A stretch of 64,000 nucleotides of DNA from Octopus sinensis. Its lineage: Eukaryota. The position numbers and the translations under genes are program-made. The stretch spans positions 8,680,001 through 8,744,000 of the forward strand of contig NC_043006.1 in the NCBI RefSeq assembly GCF_006345805.1. The letters are read 5' to 3'. The notes below the pieces were generated by a model, which was not told the DNA's origin, did no database searches, and worked only from the letters and a program-made list of their open reading frames with translations. How positions within the stretch are numbered: position 1 is the first letter of the stretch; every line of letters begins with the position of its first letter. Of the stretch, positions 24,961 to 37,950 are shown in pieces.

Positions 24961-25451
24961 ATGTATACAAAAAATAAAACAAGAAAGCGAAAAGGAAAAC
25001 CGAGAAAGCTATAATACAAAATAACGGCTTTCGGCTACGCAACAGACGGGAAATAATTGTACTTTTACAAGCAGATAAATAAATACAGATAAACAGAAAG
25101 GGTCTTTCGGCTATCGGACGAACGTGACGCTAGTGAAAGGTTTAATGTGTTTAGCTGAAGTCTCTGGCACCTACAGGATTCAAATAGTCTTGGTATGAAG
25201 GTGTGCGAAGTTATAACTTTCTAGAAACCGAGTGAAGAGGAAATCTGCTGCGGGTGGTCTGTGAACGTCGTTTCTGTTACTGTTTACAGTCTGTTATGTT
25301 ATCGTCTATTTTCCCTATGTCGTGCTTTGTTTGATTTTCGCTTTTTACGTTATTTTTATCATATTCTGATTTCTTATATATGTACACACACATACACACA
25401 CACACACATGCACTTATTTATATATATATAATCTGTGGGTCTGTGGGCGTG

Positions 25452-25492
<41 letters not shown>

Positions 25493-25727
25493 CAGAGATG
25501 TACTTGCATAGTAAGTGACCTGATCTGAGATCGTGTGCTGGAACGAAAACAATTGCAGCGTGGAAGGTTGGAAAAAGGGAAAATGCAGCCCGAAGTTTTG
25601 TCAATGAACAGGTCGCGGTCTCAAAGCGACGAAAATATTTTGACAAATTAAATTTTAATGTTGAAGTGAATCTAACGGTTTTTGTGTGTTTCTTAAATGG
25701 CTTATAAACACCTTCGACGCTGCAAAT

Positions 25728-25767
<40 letters not shown>

Positions 25768-25818
25768 GTATGTGTGTGTGTGTATACACATGTATATATA
25801 TATGTATGCGTGTGTGTG

Positions 25819-25867
<49 letters not shown>

Positions 25868-25932
25868 AATAAAATGAGACAACAAAACCAAGGCTGTGTG
25901 GAATTTTCCGGACATTTATTAAGAGAAAGTTA

Positions 25933-25980
25933 GTCTTACAGCTGTTTCTGGGATATTAGGGATATTTCTTTATCAGAGAC
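25933..25980 (-). ncRNA. Decayed minimal hammerhead ribozyme motif (G8A, broken stem II)
   Basis: Reverse complement: GTCT-CTGATAA-AGAAATATCCCTAATATCCCA-GAAA-CAGCTG-TA-AGAC; perfect stem I, palindromic stem III ACAGCTGT. Confidence 0.65.
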
Positions 25981-26345
25981 GATGTGCGATAGTTAAATAG
26001 AGGGAAATATTAGAGTTCCATATGAGAAATTATATTGGAAAAGGAAGCAAATAATAGGTGTATAGGGATATAGGGAATGGATATAGAAACAAAAATAAAA
26101 ATGTATAAAGATTTTATAGTTGCAGTTTCATTATCAAAGGAAGTGGTGTGCAGAAGTGGTAGGAATGCTTTCTGTCCGTGGTATGTAAATTCCAATAGGA
26201 TTTCATACTTTCTTATCGCAAATGGAAAGTGTGGAGACGTAGATTCCATGCGTTGCTCATGACAAGTGTCCTTCCATAGTACTTACATAGCGCTACCTGT
26301 CACGTTGGGTCTTCTGGATAATAAAACCATTCATATATATATATA

Positions 26346-26660
26346 CTAGCAGTATCGCCCGGCGTTGCTCGGGCTTGTAAGGGAAATAACTATGAAGCAT
26401 TTTTAGAGAGCTATAGCCAAAAAATAGCAAAAAATGCATTAAAAAGGAAAAAAAATGATGGTAATTTTTTTCTAAAAACCGTTGACTCATCGTAGACATT
26501 TTTAGAGAGTTATTTCCCTTATATAATAGCGGAAAAAATGCATTAAAATACCCAGAAGGGCTCGATATGAATCACGACTAACTGCACCGCAAAATGTTGG
26601 AGTAGTTAGGAATCTAAATCGTAGGAGACAGACACACAACCTTACTTTTATATATAAAGA
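26346..26660 (-). mobile_element. Non-autonomous Helitron, same family as 10882-11277
   Basis: CTAG at 26346-26349 with the hairpin; TCTTTATATATAAAAG at the other end; A|T target. Confidence 0.9.
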
Positions 26661-27082
26661 TATAGTGTTTTTCTCTAACACTACTTTCAGATAAAAACAC
26701 ACACACACGCACACACACACACATATTCTCTCTCACTTTCTCCCCTTTCATCAACTTCTTGTACTATCTTTTATCCCTCCCCACCACTACACACTCAATA
26801 ACACTATATAAAAGGGTCAAAATTATTTCACAGGAACTTGGTTCAATTAGAAAAATCCACCGGAATGGACGCAATTTGAAAAATCCACCAGAATGGACGA
26901 AAGCGCTGATATATGATATAAGTTATATGATATATAAAAACATGTAATATACAAATAAATATCTGTAAATATAAAACCATCCGAATTTCTGAGTACATCA
27001 TTTCTTCTAATATAAAATACCTGTACTTCATCTCCAAACCTTCTAATACATACATACATACATACATACATACATACATACA

Positions 27083-27132
<50 letters not shown>

Positions 27133-27139
27133 ATATATA

Positions 27140-27180
<41 letters not shown>

Positions 27181-27199
27181 TATATAATAATAATAATAA

Positions 27200-27420
27200 T
27201 ATTAGGGAATAAATCCAAACTTAGAGGGAAAAATTACATTTAGGATTAACTCCAATTTTATAGTATAAATATATTATATTATATTATATTAAATTAGAGA
27301 TAAAACCACTATTAGGCAAATCAAACAGTGAAAAACATAATCCAATACATAAAATTAATTTTAAAATATAAAAGTTAAAAATAAAAAATTATTTAAATAA
27401 TTTAAACTTATAAATTTTAT
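27200..27420 (+). mobile_element. Truncated relative of the 12422 PLE-type element (no HHR retained)
   Basis: gggaataaatccaaacttagagggaaaaa..ttaggattaactccaattttatagt..agagataaaaccactatt aligns with 12425-12570. Confidence 0.75.
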
Positions 27421-28261
27421 GTATATATATATACAAATATATGTATGTATGTATGTATATTTTATATTATTTTATTAATTAATTAATTAATTAATATATT
27501 TATTTATTTTATTATTATTATCATCATTTTTTTTTAAATATCAAAAGTATTAAAAGTTTAATAAAGCGCATTCATACATGTTTTCTATATATGTTTTTAT
27601 CTCTATGCGTACGTATGTGGTGCTCTCTGCAAATACATGTGGTTTTAAATATAGCTTTTCCGTTGAAGTTTAGTTATAATAAAACTCGTTCGCAATTAAA
27701 ACATATTACCCGTTTTACACGTATGAAAATATTCGATGTAGAAAAGATTACTTACTGGTTTTCCCCTAATGATGTTTTGACAGTAATATAGGATTACACC
27801 ATAAAAATGCATTATTTATGAATCTGCTTGCTATCCTAATACATATTGTTCAAAGTAAAACTGAATATGAATGAGTACCTTGGTTTAATCTTGTGAGAAA
27901 TTAATGATATTCATAAATTAAGACTAAATAAAGTTAATATATGTCTGACACGCAGCCAAGCACAATATTCTTCAATCTGAAGATTTAGAAATCTGATTTC
28001 TTCATTGCCTATTAATGAAGACGCTTGTATATACGCAAGGGGTGACGCGAGAACTGAATAATGTATATCATCTATTTAGGAATATATTAGTGAAATCAGA
28101 AAAATTGCTGGATCATAAAACGATAGGAACGTATAATTTTCACTCCCGACTGATTAAGCATGATTAAACAATTAAATGAATAATATATGTAGACACATTT
28201 TAGAGATGCTGATTTAGCGAACCCACACAAAGCCTAGCACTTGTACAAGAATACACAGAGA

Positions 28262-28480
<219 letters not shown>

Positions 28481-28737
28481 TCTATCTGTCGCTGTTAGTC
28501 TTTCTATCTATGTACACACACACACACGCACAGAAATATATAGTTCATACATGAGATCTACATATTTACCGTATATAATACACTTAGCAGTGCTCGAGAG
28601 ATCTAAACTTGATGTGGTAGAGAATTAAGTATAGGGGCAGATCGTTATATAAAGTATATAAAATATATGAAATAAAAAAAGATGTATATAAGTAGACATA
28701 TAAAACACCCAACTTACACAAAGTATACACACTCGCC

Positions 28738-29791
28738 GCGAGGTGTCCCAAAAAATGTATATACACTCAAGCGGCTGATAGCTCGATGTTTTTTTTTTCA
28801 TTTTCAGATAAAACCCATTGGGATTAATGATGGCATGTCATACTAAGCTTTGAAGAAATGACATTCATTCTAAAATGCTACTGGAAGTGTGAAAACGCAG
28901 TTGAAGTGCAAAGACAGTTTAGGAAGGAGTGGGAAACAGATCCACCAATGTGACACGCCTTCACTCGAATTAGAGATTTGTTTAAAGCCGATGGAACTAT
29001 TAAGAAGGCCCACGAGAAGCATTCCATCATCATCATCATCATTGTTCGACCGTGGTCGAGACAATGGAATTTACCATGCTACGCCAGACTTCACGGTCCA
29101 TCATGGCATTACGGAGGTCCTGTTGCTGGATGCCTGTATCCCTGGAGATTACATCAGGGTAGGAGAGTGTGCGCCCTCTGGTATTGCGAGAAGAAGCATT
29201 CCAGAAGAACACGAACATCAGCAACCCCAACAAAGCAAGAAGAAGTACTGGAAACGTATCACCATAGTCCAAGACAATCTGTGCAGCAAGCGAGTCATGA
29301 GGCATGTATTCCAAAATCATCTCTCTAACGCATTAGAGAAGACTTTGAAGTTGAGATTTATTTTCAGCATGATGCAGCATACGCCACACTACCATCGCTA
29401 TGTTAGATCCTTCCTTGATGAGAACCTGCTACACAGGTGGATTGGACAAAGGGGTTTGTTGAATACCCTCCTCGTTCATCAGACCTCAAGCTAATACACT
29501 TTTTTTATGGGGATACCCAAAAGGCAAATTCTACATTATGAAGTCTGCAACAGTCAATGATTTGAGAGCAGATATTGAATAACAATGCATACAAATACCA
29601 AAGAAATTGGTTCGTGATGTTTCCGGTTCCATTGCTTTGCGTTGTCAGCAGTGCCTGCATCAGAACGGACGTCAGTTTGAAAACAAACGTTGACAAAACA
29701 ATTCTATTAACGTTTGAAAATGAAATGTATTTTAATAAACACCTACTTTACACTTATTCAAAGTGTGTATACATTTTTGTGGGACACCCTG
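28738..29791 (+). mobile_element. Decayed Tc1/mariner-superfamily transposon (DUF4817-type HTH), internally deleted
   Basis: TIRs gaggtgtcccaaaaaatgtatatacact (28740-28767) and agtgtgtatacatttttgtgggacaccctg|TA (29762-29793); FILKCYWKCENAVEVQRQFRKEW..RIRDLFKADGTI; PHYHRYVRSFLDENLLHRWIGQRG; PPRSSDL. Confidence 0.85.
29027..29191 (-). mobile_element. 5'-truncated RTE-type LINE 3' end nested in the mariner-like element
   Basis: RGRTLSYPDVISRDTG..DLRNAMMDREVWRSMV, (GAT)n tail, 12-bp TSD AGAAGCATTCCA at 29015-29026 and 29192-29203. Confidence 0.88.
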
Positions 29792-29945
29792 TATATATAT
29801 GTATATATATATATTTATATGTGTGCGTGTATGTGTGTATGCGTGCGTGTGTGTGTTCACATATATACACACACATACATGCATTTATATATATACATAT
29901 ATGTATGTACATATATACATATATATGTACATATATATGTAATAG

Positions 29946-29984
<39 letters not shown>

Positions 29985-30005
29985 TATATACGTATATATA
30001 TATAG

Positions 30006-30042
<37 letters not shown>

Positions 30043-30339
30043 ACATATATACACACACGCACGCACACACACACACACACGAATATTTTTGTTAATGCAT
30101 AAATACATGAACACGAACGGTGTTTCAAATTGGGTGCAGCTATCTATGATATCATAGAATAATTAAATATTATATCATAGGATAGCTCAATCAGCACCAG
30201 GCATTATTTTAAACAGATATAAAACACCAAGGTAAAACCTGATGATGAACTATCAAAGAGCCATCAAAATGAATACGTGATAAATCAAACTTACAAAAGA
30301 TATCAAAGAAGTGTAACGCCTTTCTAGGAATAAAGATGT

Positions 30340-30990
30340 CAAAACAGACCAGAGAACAAGGTGTCATCATACCACTTTTCTCCTCCTTTGTACGGCCACA
30401 CCTTGAATACTACTGCTGCCCACTGTGGTCTCCTCACACAAGACAAAACATCTCCAGAATTGAGTCACCCCAGAGGGCACTCACTAAACAAATTGAAGTC
30501 ATGGCTGCTCTCGACTATTGGGATCGCCTTAAAGCCTTGAAACTTTACTCCCTCCAGCGTCGCCGTGAGCGGTACATCATTTGTACGATGTGGAAAATAT
30601 ACCGCCAACTTTGCCCAAACGACCTAAACATTAGTTTCAAGGTTCATCCGAGACTTGGACCACGGGCTATACGTCCCCTGCCAAATTCAAGATCACAACA
30701 TACATGTACACTGCAACATAATTTCTTTTCCTCAACAGGCCCTGCCCTATTTAACATTGTCCCGAGGGAGATCAAAGAGGAAAAGGATCCCATCAACTTA
30801 AACAGAGTCTGGATAGATTCCTTCAAAGAATACCAGATAAGCCACCCATAATTGGATACAACTCACCCAACAAGAACTCACTACTTGAACAAAACTTGAC
30901 TTAAACAGGATTCGAATAATCCTATCAGGTGGTGCTATTAAGTTAGACATGGCCTGGACCAATCTCTGGTCGAAACATATCTAAGTTTAT
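30340..30990 (+). mobile_element. CR1-type LINE 3' fragment, related to the 19.6-kb element
   Basis: VRPHLEY..CPLWSP..LYSLQRRRERYIICTMWKI..KVHPRLGPRAIRP; shared 3' UTR caggtggtgctattaagttagacatggcctgg; tail (TATCTAAGTT)2. Confidence 0.92.
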
Positions 30991-31329
30991 CTAAGTTTAT
31001 CATAGAGCTACGATTTTGAATCTGCCCAGTGATATCCCAGTGATATCTTTGGTTTTTCATATTGTACAAGGATAAAGAATTTGAAACGTACGTGTTTAAA
31101 ATTTTATCTGAGGAGGGTGAATTATTGCTATGGTATAATCTACTAATATATCACTTTATTTATTTGTGTGTGTCTGTCTTCGTATATATGTATGTATGTG
31201 TGCGTGTGTAGACGTATTATGTCATTTTATATACCTAAAACGATTTGACGTTTAACAGAATGATGATTTAATACCCCGAAGTAGAGAGCTTCTTAGTTAT
31301 ACTTTTGCCATGAAAAGATTGGAAGGAAC

Positions 31330-31680
31330 TCGAAGGCTCAGTCTCTTGCTTCATATGTGTGTGTGTGTGTATGTGTGTGTACAAGTACGTGTACGAGTGT
31401 GTATGTGTGTGTGTGTACGCGTACGAGTACCTGTGTGTGTACGTGTGTGTGTGTGTGTACGTGTACGAGTACATGTGTGTGTGTACGAGTGCGTGTGTGT
31501 ACGTGTACGAGTGTGTGTGTGGTGTGTACGTGTACGAGTGTGTGTGTACGTGTACGACTGTGTGTATGTGTACGAGTGTGTGCGTGTGTGTACGTGTACG
31601 AGTGTGTGCATGTGTGCGTGTGTACGAGTGTGTGCGTGTGTGTGTGTATATGTGCGTGTGTACGAATGTGCGTGTATGAA
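31330..31680. repeat. Degenerate (GT)n/GTACGA minisatellite
   Basis: Recurrent gtgtacgtgtacgagtgtgt units; explains the ORFs at 31310-31836. Confidence 0.9.
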
Positions 31681-32035
31681 AATATATAAAATTTTCAAAC
31701 TGTTATTGCCTGAGTTCACGTTCGAAGTTACGTTGCGGTTTATCTTTCCGATGCTGATATTATGAAAAATACAACAGGAAGGTGATGATCTGAAATAATT
31801 CTTTGCCATGCAAAAGAATTTTGTTTTTTTCTCCATTTCTTATGATTTTGTTGGGTCTGGTTCTAACCCCCAAACCACATTGATCTATACGCAGGAAGAC
31901 AGTGTTTCTCATGAAGCGACCTTTATAACCGTAACATTTACTCTTCTATACGTAGATCGCGTTTGTGCTCCTGCTTGTGAAGATGTGCGTCTCCTTTTAT
32001 GGCTTGCACTTAGACTTCTGTTCAAATATAAACAA

Positions 32036-32426
32036 CTAGCAGTATCGCCCGGCGTTGCTCGGGTTTGTAAGGGAAATAACTATTTAAGCATTTTTAGAGA
32101 GTTATAGCCAAAAAATAGCAAAAAAATGCATTAAAAGTGGAAAAAAAAAATATGATAATTTTTTTTTAAATCGTTGACTCATCGTAGACATTTTTAGAGA
32201 GTTACTTCCCTTATATAATAGCGAAAAAAATGCATTAAAATGGAAAAAGTTTTTTTTTTAATCTTAGACCCATCGTAGACGCGCGCTAATACCCAAAAGG
32301 GCTCGATATGAATCACGACTATACGATACCCGGTTTTGGTTAAACAGCACCGCAAAATGTGGGAGTAGTTAGGAATCTAAATCGTAGGAGACAGACAGCA
32401 CACAACCTCTCTTTTATATATAAAGA
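32036..32426 (-). mobile_element. Non-autonomous Helitron, same family as 10882-11277
   Basis: CTAG at 32036-32039 with the hairpin; TCTTTATATATAAAAG at the other end; A|T target. Confidence 0.9.
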
Positions 32427-33177
32427 TATGAGAGATCACTATGTGGATCCCTTGAATGAGAGATCACTATGTGGATCCCTTGAATGCGAAAACTAGACGT
32501 CAAACCGACTTACCACTAAATCTGTGTTCTCAACTTAGTAAGACGCTAGACGTTTAAGAGCTAGACAAATGAAAAGAAATAAGCATAAAACTCAATTCTG
32601 GTTATCTTAATAATATTAAGAAAAAATCATAATCTACGTTGTTTCTTCAAAGTATACGTCATATAGTAGAGTTATTCAGCTTATTAAATAATCTGAATTC
32701 TGAGCATAGTTTTTTTCAACCGTTAACAAAATAACTTATATGTAGTTTAAAACACCTATTTTATGGTCTGTAAAATATTTAATGTACATAGTTTAATATT
32801 ATTTCATATTTAATAACTTTGAAATAATTTTTAAAATATGTTTTCAAGCATATATTTTCCAAAAGATGTTTAGAACGTAATAATTTTATAAAAAGCTAAT
32901 GTTATTAAAATTGTGGCTGATATTTTATTGGCTTTTCTAAATATTTAAATTAAATATAGCTGTTTCTTTGATGGTACTTGATCTCAGGGGAGTTACAATT
33001 TTAATTTTATAATCACGTATGGTTCACTACAACCCCCCGAAAGTTACCAGTTATCCAAACGTTCAGGGTGGATTCTATATGATTTTCACGACTTCTCGAA
33101 TTTTCAAATTGTAATTGTGCGTATTTATATTCATGAACATCAACCAACGCTTCCGTCGAGGGTATGGTTCATTTGCG

Positions 33178-33597
33178 AAAGGCGGCGAGCTGGCAGAAAC
33201 GTTAGCACGCCGGGCGAAATGCTTAGCGGTATTTCGTCTGCGTTACGTTGTGAGTTCAAATTCCGCCGAGGTCGACTTTGCCTTTCATCCTTTCAGGGTC
33301 GATTAAGTAAGTACCAGTTACGCACTGGGGTCGATATAATCAACTTAATCCGTTTGTCTGTCCGTGTTTGTCCCTTCTGTGTTTAGCCCCTTGTGGGTAG
33401 TAAAGAAATAGGTATTTCGTCCGCCGCTACGTTCTGAGTTCAAATTCCGCCGAGGTCGACTTTGCCTTTCATCCTTTCAGGGTCGATTAAGTAAGTACCA
33501 GTTACGCACTGGGGTCGATATAATCAACTTAATCCGTTTGTCTGTCCGTGTTTGTCCCTTCTGTGTTTAGCCCCTTGTGGGTAGTAGAGAAATAGAT
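33178..33597 (+). mobile_element. SINE family B tandem dimer (full copy + 5'-truncated copy)
   Basis: ggcggcgagctggcagaaacg..gagttcaaattcc..aaagaaatag; the second copy starts at the shared ggtatttcgtc (~33411). Confidence 0.9.
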
Positions 33598-34099
33598 ATG
33601 GTTCACTTGCAAACCAGCCGAGTCTTAGAAGGTGTGTGACCGAAGTCATTTCAGATTTAAGCGTATTTTCTCCAACGTTGATCTAACATTCCGGATGTAC
33701 TAACCTCCCAGCAAGAAACATAATTTGCGTTTACAGTGAAATCCTTGAATCCCTATGCCTCCAAAGAAGCAACTAAAGAGGCAATGTTTATATAGATAGT
33801 GGCTATCTAAATAATATGTTCGTGGATGTTTAACAGGTCGGATGTGGTGCTGAACTAAAAAATCAAGAACTTCGGGAATATGCATATACACCCGTTAACT
33901 GTTTTTGCATCTTTGCTTATATTATTTACGTAGATGTAATTCGTATACGAAATCTGGTAAATCTCAGTGCTAGCTCTAAAATCTGTAATGGTAATTTTAA
34001 AAAGTGATTGAATCGCACTGCTATCACGGCAGCGAACATCATTGACTTATAAAGCCTTTAATATACTTAAAATAAATGAAATCCCCTTTTTTAAAACCT

Positions 34100-34200
34100 A
34101 GCCAGACTCACGGGCCCGGTTTCCCCGGTTTCCCCGGTTTCCGTGGCGTATGTGTCCCCCAGCTGGATGGGATGCCAGTCCATCGCAGCGTTACTTATTT
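34100..34200 (-). mobile_element. SINE 3'-tail fragment related to the 36.2-kb element
   Basis: Reverse complement contains atacgccacggaaaccggggaaaccggggaaaccgggcccgtgagtctggct. Confidence 0.6.
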
Positions 34201-35613
34201 TTCCTCCATTTTCTTCTTGCATATAAAATAAACTACGGTTTGCCCGCTGAATTCCCTGCTACTGCATACCTTTTATCAAGGACTGTACCTACGCAGCTAA
34301 TCACCGGGAGCGCCTTTGGATTTAATCAGCCTTTAGATGTTTTAAACACCTCTAACCTATTACCCATATAATATATTTATATATATATATATATATTACC
34401 ATAAAAATTTATGACTGATTTCACGAAATGCTAGTGATTATATCAAACATTAATATAAACAGTTAAGCGCAATAAAATACGATAAAGGAAAAATGTTATC
34501 GTCACTAATTGTGATTGAGGGTGCCGAAACACCTATATCGCAAAACATAAGAGTTAAGCATAATACGAATGTGTGTGTGTGGTGTGTGTGTGTGTGTGTG
34601 TGTGTGTGTACACGTATGTCTGTTTGTCGATGACCCAGCATGTTTTGCAACCTACCGGTATGTTAAAGATTTGCTGAGAAGTCTGTTTAAAATATTTGTT
34701 CCCAATCCAGTCACAGTTAACCTCCTATCAGTCTTGTATTCAGAACCACACTAACGAGGTCGTTGAAAATTGTCAGCTACAACGCAATCGTTTACAAATT
34801 GCGTTATATACTAAAATTATCGTCGGAGATTTTGTTCGTCGTCATGGAGATTACGTCACGGCTTTGCCAAGTATTAGCATTGTAAATTATCTTATCAATT
34901 CACAGAAACAGCCTTGGTTGATACCTTGCAGTCACCAGAAGCGAAATGTCTATAGCATAAATTACTTCACGGAAAAGTATATAGGAAAATCATTAAAGGC
35001 AGTTTTGTCAATAATTTTTACAAAGTTATTTATTGATATCTGATAACTCCAGCTTATATCTCAATGCCATGAAATAAATAATCAATTTTGAATCAATGTA
35101 TATATATTAATGCAGCTTTCAAGCACGCAAAAATAAACCTTTGCTTTGCAAGATACTTAAAAACACTTTTAAAAAACCTTAGGGATATGCAAATATAAGG
35201 TATATGAGAAAAGTGAGGTAGTGTGTATCGTCTTATGCGTACAAGATTTGAATCTGTTTGCAACAGGCGAATAGGAAGTAGATTAACTCGTTGGAAGGCG
35301 TATAGAAGAGTCATTAAATTAGCTTAAGGGATTGAAACGTATGATGTATCAATAAAAAAGGTAGGAGAATGATGTAATGCAATGGAATACATAAGCGATT
35401 CCTAAATCATATACCCACGGTGCCTTTTGGAAGTTTAAGTATGTTTAGTTTCGGTGAGGCACTTTGCTTAGAAGAGAATTGCAGCAGGTTAAAGTCAGTA
35501 TGTAAATCTAACAGATAGGTAGCAGTAACATTACAAACTCTTTATAAACATGAACACGCAAATCTCATTTCTTTTGAGAAAGAGTGAATACATTCCACAA
35601 TGGTATAAAACTA

Positions 35614-35847
35614 AAAGGCGACGGGCTGGAAGAAACGTTAGCACGCCGGGCGAAATGCTTAGCGGTATTTTGTCTGCCGTTATGTTGAGAGATCAAATTC
35701 CGCCGAGGTCGACTTTGCCTTTCATCCTTTCGCGGTCGATAAATTAAGTACCAGTTACGCACTGGGGTCGATATAATTGACTTAATACGTTTGTCTGTCC
35801 TTGTTTGTCCTCTCAATGTTTAGCACATTGTTGGTAGTAAAGAAATA
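35614..35847 (+). mobile_element. SINE family B
   Basis: 12-bp TSD GGTATAAAACTA at 35602-35613 and 35848-35859. Confidence 0.9.
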
Positions 35848-35939
35848 GGTATAAAACTATACAAGTAATGTAAAATATATAGAGAGTGAGAATGACAAAA
35901 CACATTTGGTGTTTAAGGATCTATATTGGAGTTAATATA

Positions 35940-36174
35940 TATTTCTTTACTACCCACAAGGGGCTAAACACAGAGGGTACAAACAAGGACAGACAGAGTG
36001 ATTAAGTCGATTACATCGCCTCCAGTGCGTAAATGGTACTTAATTTATCGACCCCGAAAGGATGAAAGGCAAAGTCGACCTCGGCGGAATTTGAACTCAG
36101 AACGTAACGGCAGACGAAATACGGCTACGCATTTCGCCCGGCGTGCTAACGTTTCTGCCAGCTCACCGCCTTTG
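35940..36174 (-). mobile_element. SINE family B
   Basis: 16-bp TSD TATTGGAGTTAATATA at 35924-35939 and 36175-36190. Confidence 0.92.
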
Positions 36175-36214
36175 TATTGGAGTTAATATACTTAATGTAA
36201 TATCATTTCATGTG

Positions 36215-36512
36215 GAAGCACATGGCCTAGTGTTTAGAGCAACGGACTCGCGGCCGAGGGATCGCGGGTTCCAATCTCAGACCGAGCGATGTGTGTGTTT
36301 ACGAGCGAAACACCTAAGCTCCACGCTGCTGTGGCAGAAGGTAATGGCGAACGGCTACCGACTCCTTCGCCACAACTTTCTCTCACTCTTTCCTCCTGCA
36401 TCTTGCCGCTCATCTGCGACGGGCCGCTATCCCGGCTAGGCGGGGAACCTATACGCCAAGGAAACCGGGAAACCGGCCCTTATGAGCCTGGCGTGGCTGG
36501 AGAATGAACAAA
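36215..36512 (+). mobile_element. tRNA-head SINE with family A head and a different 3' tail
   Basis: gtggaagcacatggcctagtgtttagagcaacggactcgcgg.. head; shares ccacaactttctctcactctt with family A, then diverges; probable TSD atatcatttcat / atataatttcat. Confidence 0.8.
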
Positions 36513-37854
36513 CAATATAATTTCATATATCAGGATTCTGGATTGGCAAAATCGTAAATAGATTGGAGAAAATTCCTTTAAATACATAACTGCACCTCAT
36601 TAGTATCTACATTCAAAATTAGTCTAGTTAAAATTTATATTTTGTGGTTCTAGGGCCAATGAAAAGCGATAAAATGGAAGGTTTATCGTCTACATTCATA
36701 AACAAATCTGCTTTATGGATTCTTTGCCAGCAATCTAGATAATTGATATAACTGATAGAAATAGAGTTTAGAGTATTTCTCGATACTGTGAAGCGGAGTA
36801 TAAGAAATGGAAAATAATTAGAAGAAAAGTGAATTACTCCAGGATATTTTGATATGTTAGTTTTATTGAGAGTGAATACCTGCGCTCTAATTATTTATGA
36901 AATGCTATTAGAGATTCAGGATTACTGGAACTAAATGAAAATAAATGGTCGAAAGTCAGAATATATTACAAATATATTCATATTTTTTTTCTGCATTTAT
37001 AGACGAAATAACTTAGAATATCGAAAAGCTTTGTCATGGGCGTTTACGTGATGGATATAGTTTAAAGACTGTCTAGCAGGCCGATTAGTCTGTGTTTTAC
37101 TTAGCAACAAAGCATTTTGTCCTTCATTGCGACAAGAGATAAGTCAATCAACTATTTCAACGACAGATTTCAAAATAGCGGGAGTTTATATTTGCTCAAT
37201 GCTGTACCAATTAAATGTTTTGACCGACCAGGCAGCATCATTTAAAAGGCTGACATAATTAAATGGTTCCCTTAACGGAACTTCAACCAATATAGAAACC
37301 CCATAAAATAGGTTTCCCTGTGGTATATTGTCCCTGACCTTCAGTCTCCCTGTGTGATTAAGTACTTTCAGTCGAGACGGTATTCGAGATTTTAGAAGGT
37401 ATAGATAGGTGGACCGTATCTTTCTGCATTCCCATCTTACTTTATAGGTGTCACTTGAAAATGTATTGTTGGGCCAAAGACTCGCTGGTAGTTAATCATC
37501 CAAAAATTGTGCACTGCACAACCGGGTATTTCGTAGCCACAAGAGAGAAAGGAAAACGGATTTGATTTGCATTACGTGGGAAGGTGACAGTTGCATTTTC
37601 ACTTTGGGTTATGTTATTAACCAGAATATACTCACATTAACAGCTGTTTCATTAAACACGGCATGAAGCTGTGTGTGAAGTGAGTTCCTATCATTCGTTA
37701 TAGAATGTTTGTTGATGAAATCACCATCATTATCAACATCATCATCATCGCATCCACCCAAAGTACCACATCACCCTTGAACAAGAACGACGTATTTTTC
37801 TACTTGTCTTTGATTCCTCGCTCACACACTCTACTTTGTCCTTTCTGTCTACTT

Positions 37855-37950
37855 TCCTTCTTCTTCTTCTTCTTCTTCTTCTTCTTCTTCTTCTTCTTCT
37901 TCTTCTTCTTCTTCTTCTTCTTCTTCTTCTTCATCATCATCATCATCATC
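37855..37950. repeat. (CTT)n-(CAT)n trinucleotide repeat
   Basis: Read directly; explains the poly-F and poly-L ORFs. Confidence 0.97.

Noticed and set aside
26872-26912. TCCA..TGGAC-GAAA-GCGCT hammerhead-like remnant
   Set aside because: Core reads TTGAAAA, position 17 is G and stem I is unpaired.
28889-29494. 201-aa ORF
   Set aside because: Off-frame chimera of transposase and an antisense RTE insert.
30235-30290. CTGATGATG..CATCAAAA
   Set aside because: No GAAA and no stem I or III.
37615-37690. Minus-strand GAAA-CAGCTG-TT with ACTCAC/GTGAGT pairing
   Set aside because: No CTGANGA core at the required position.
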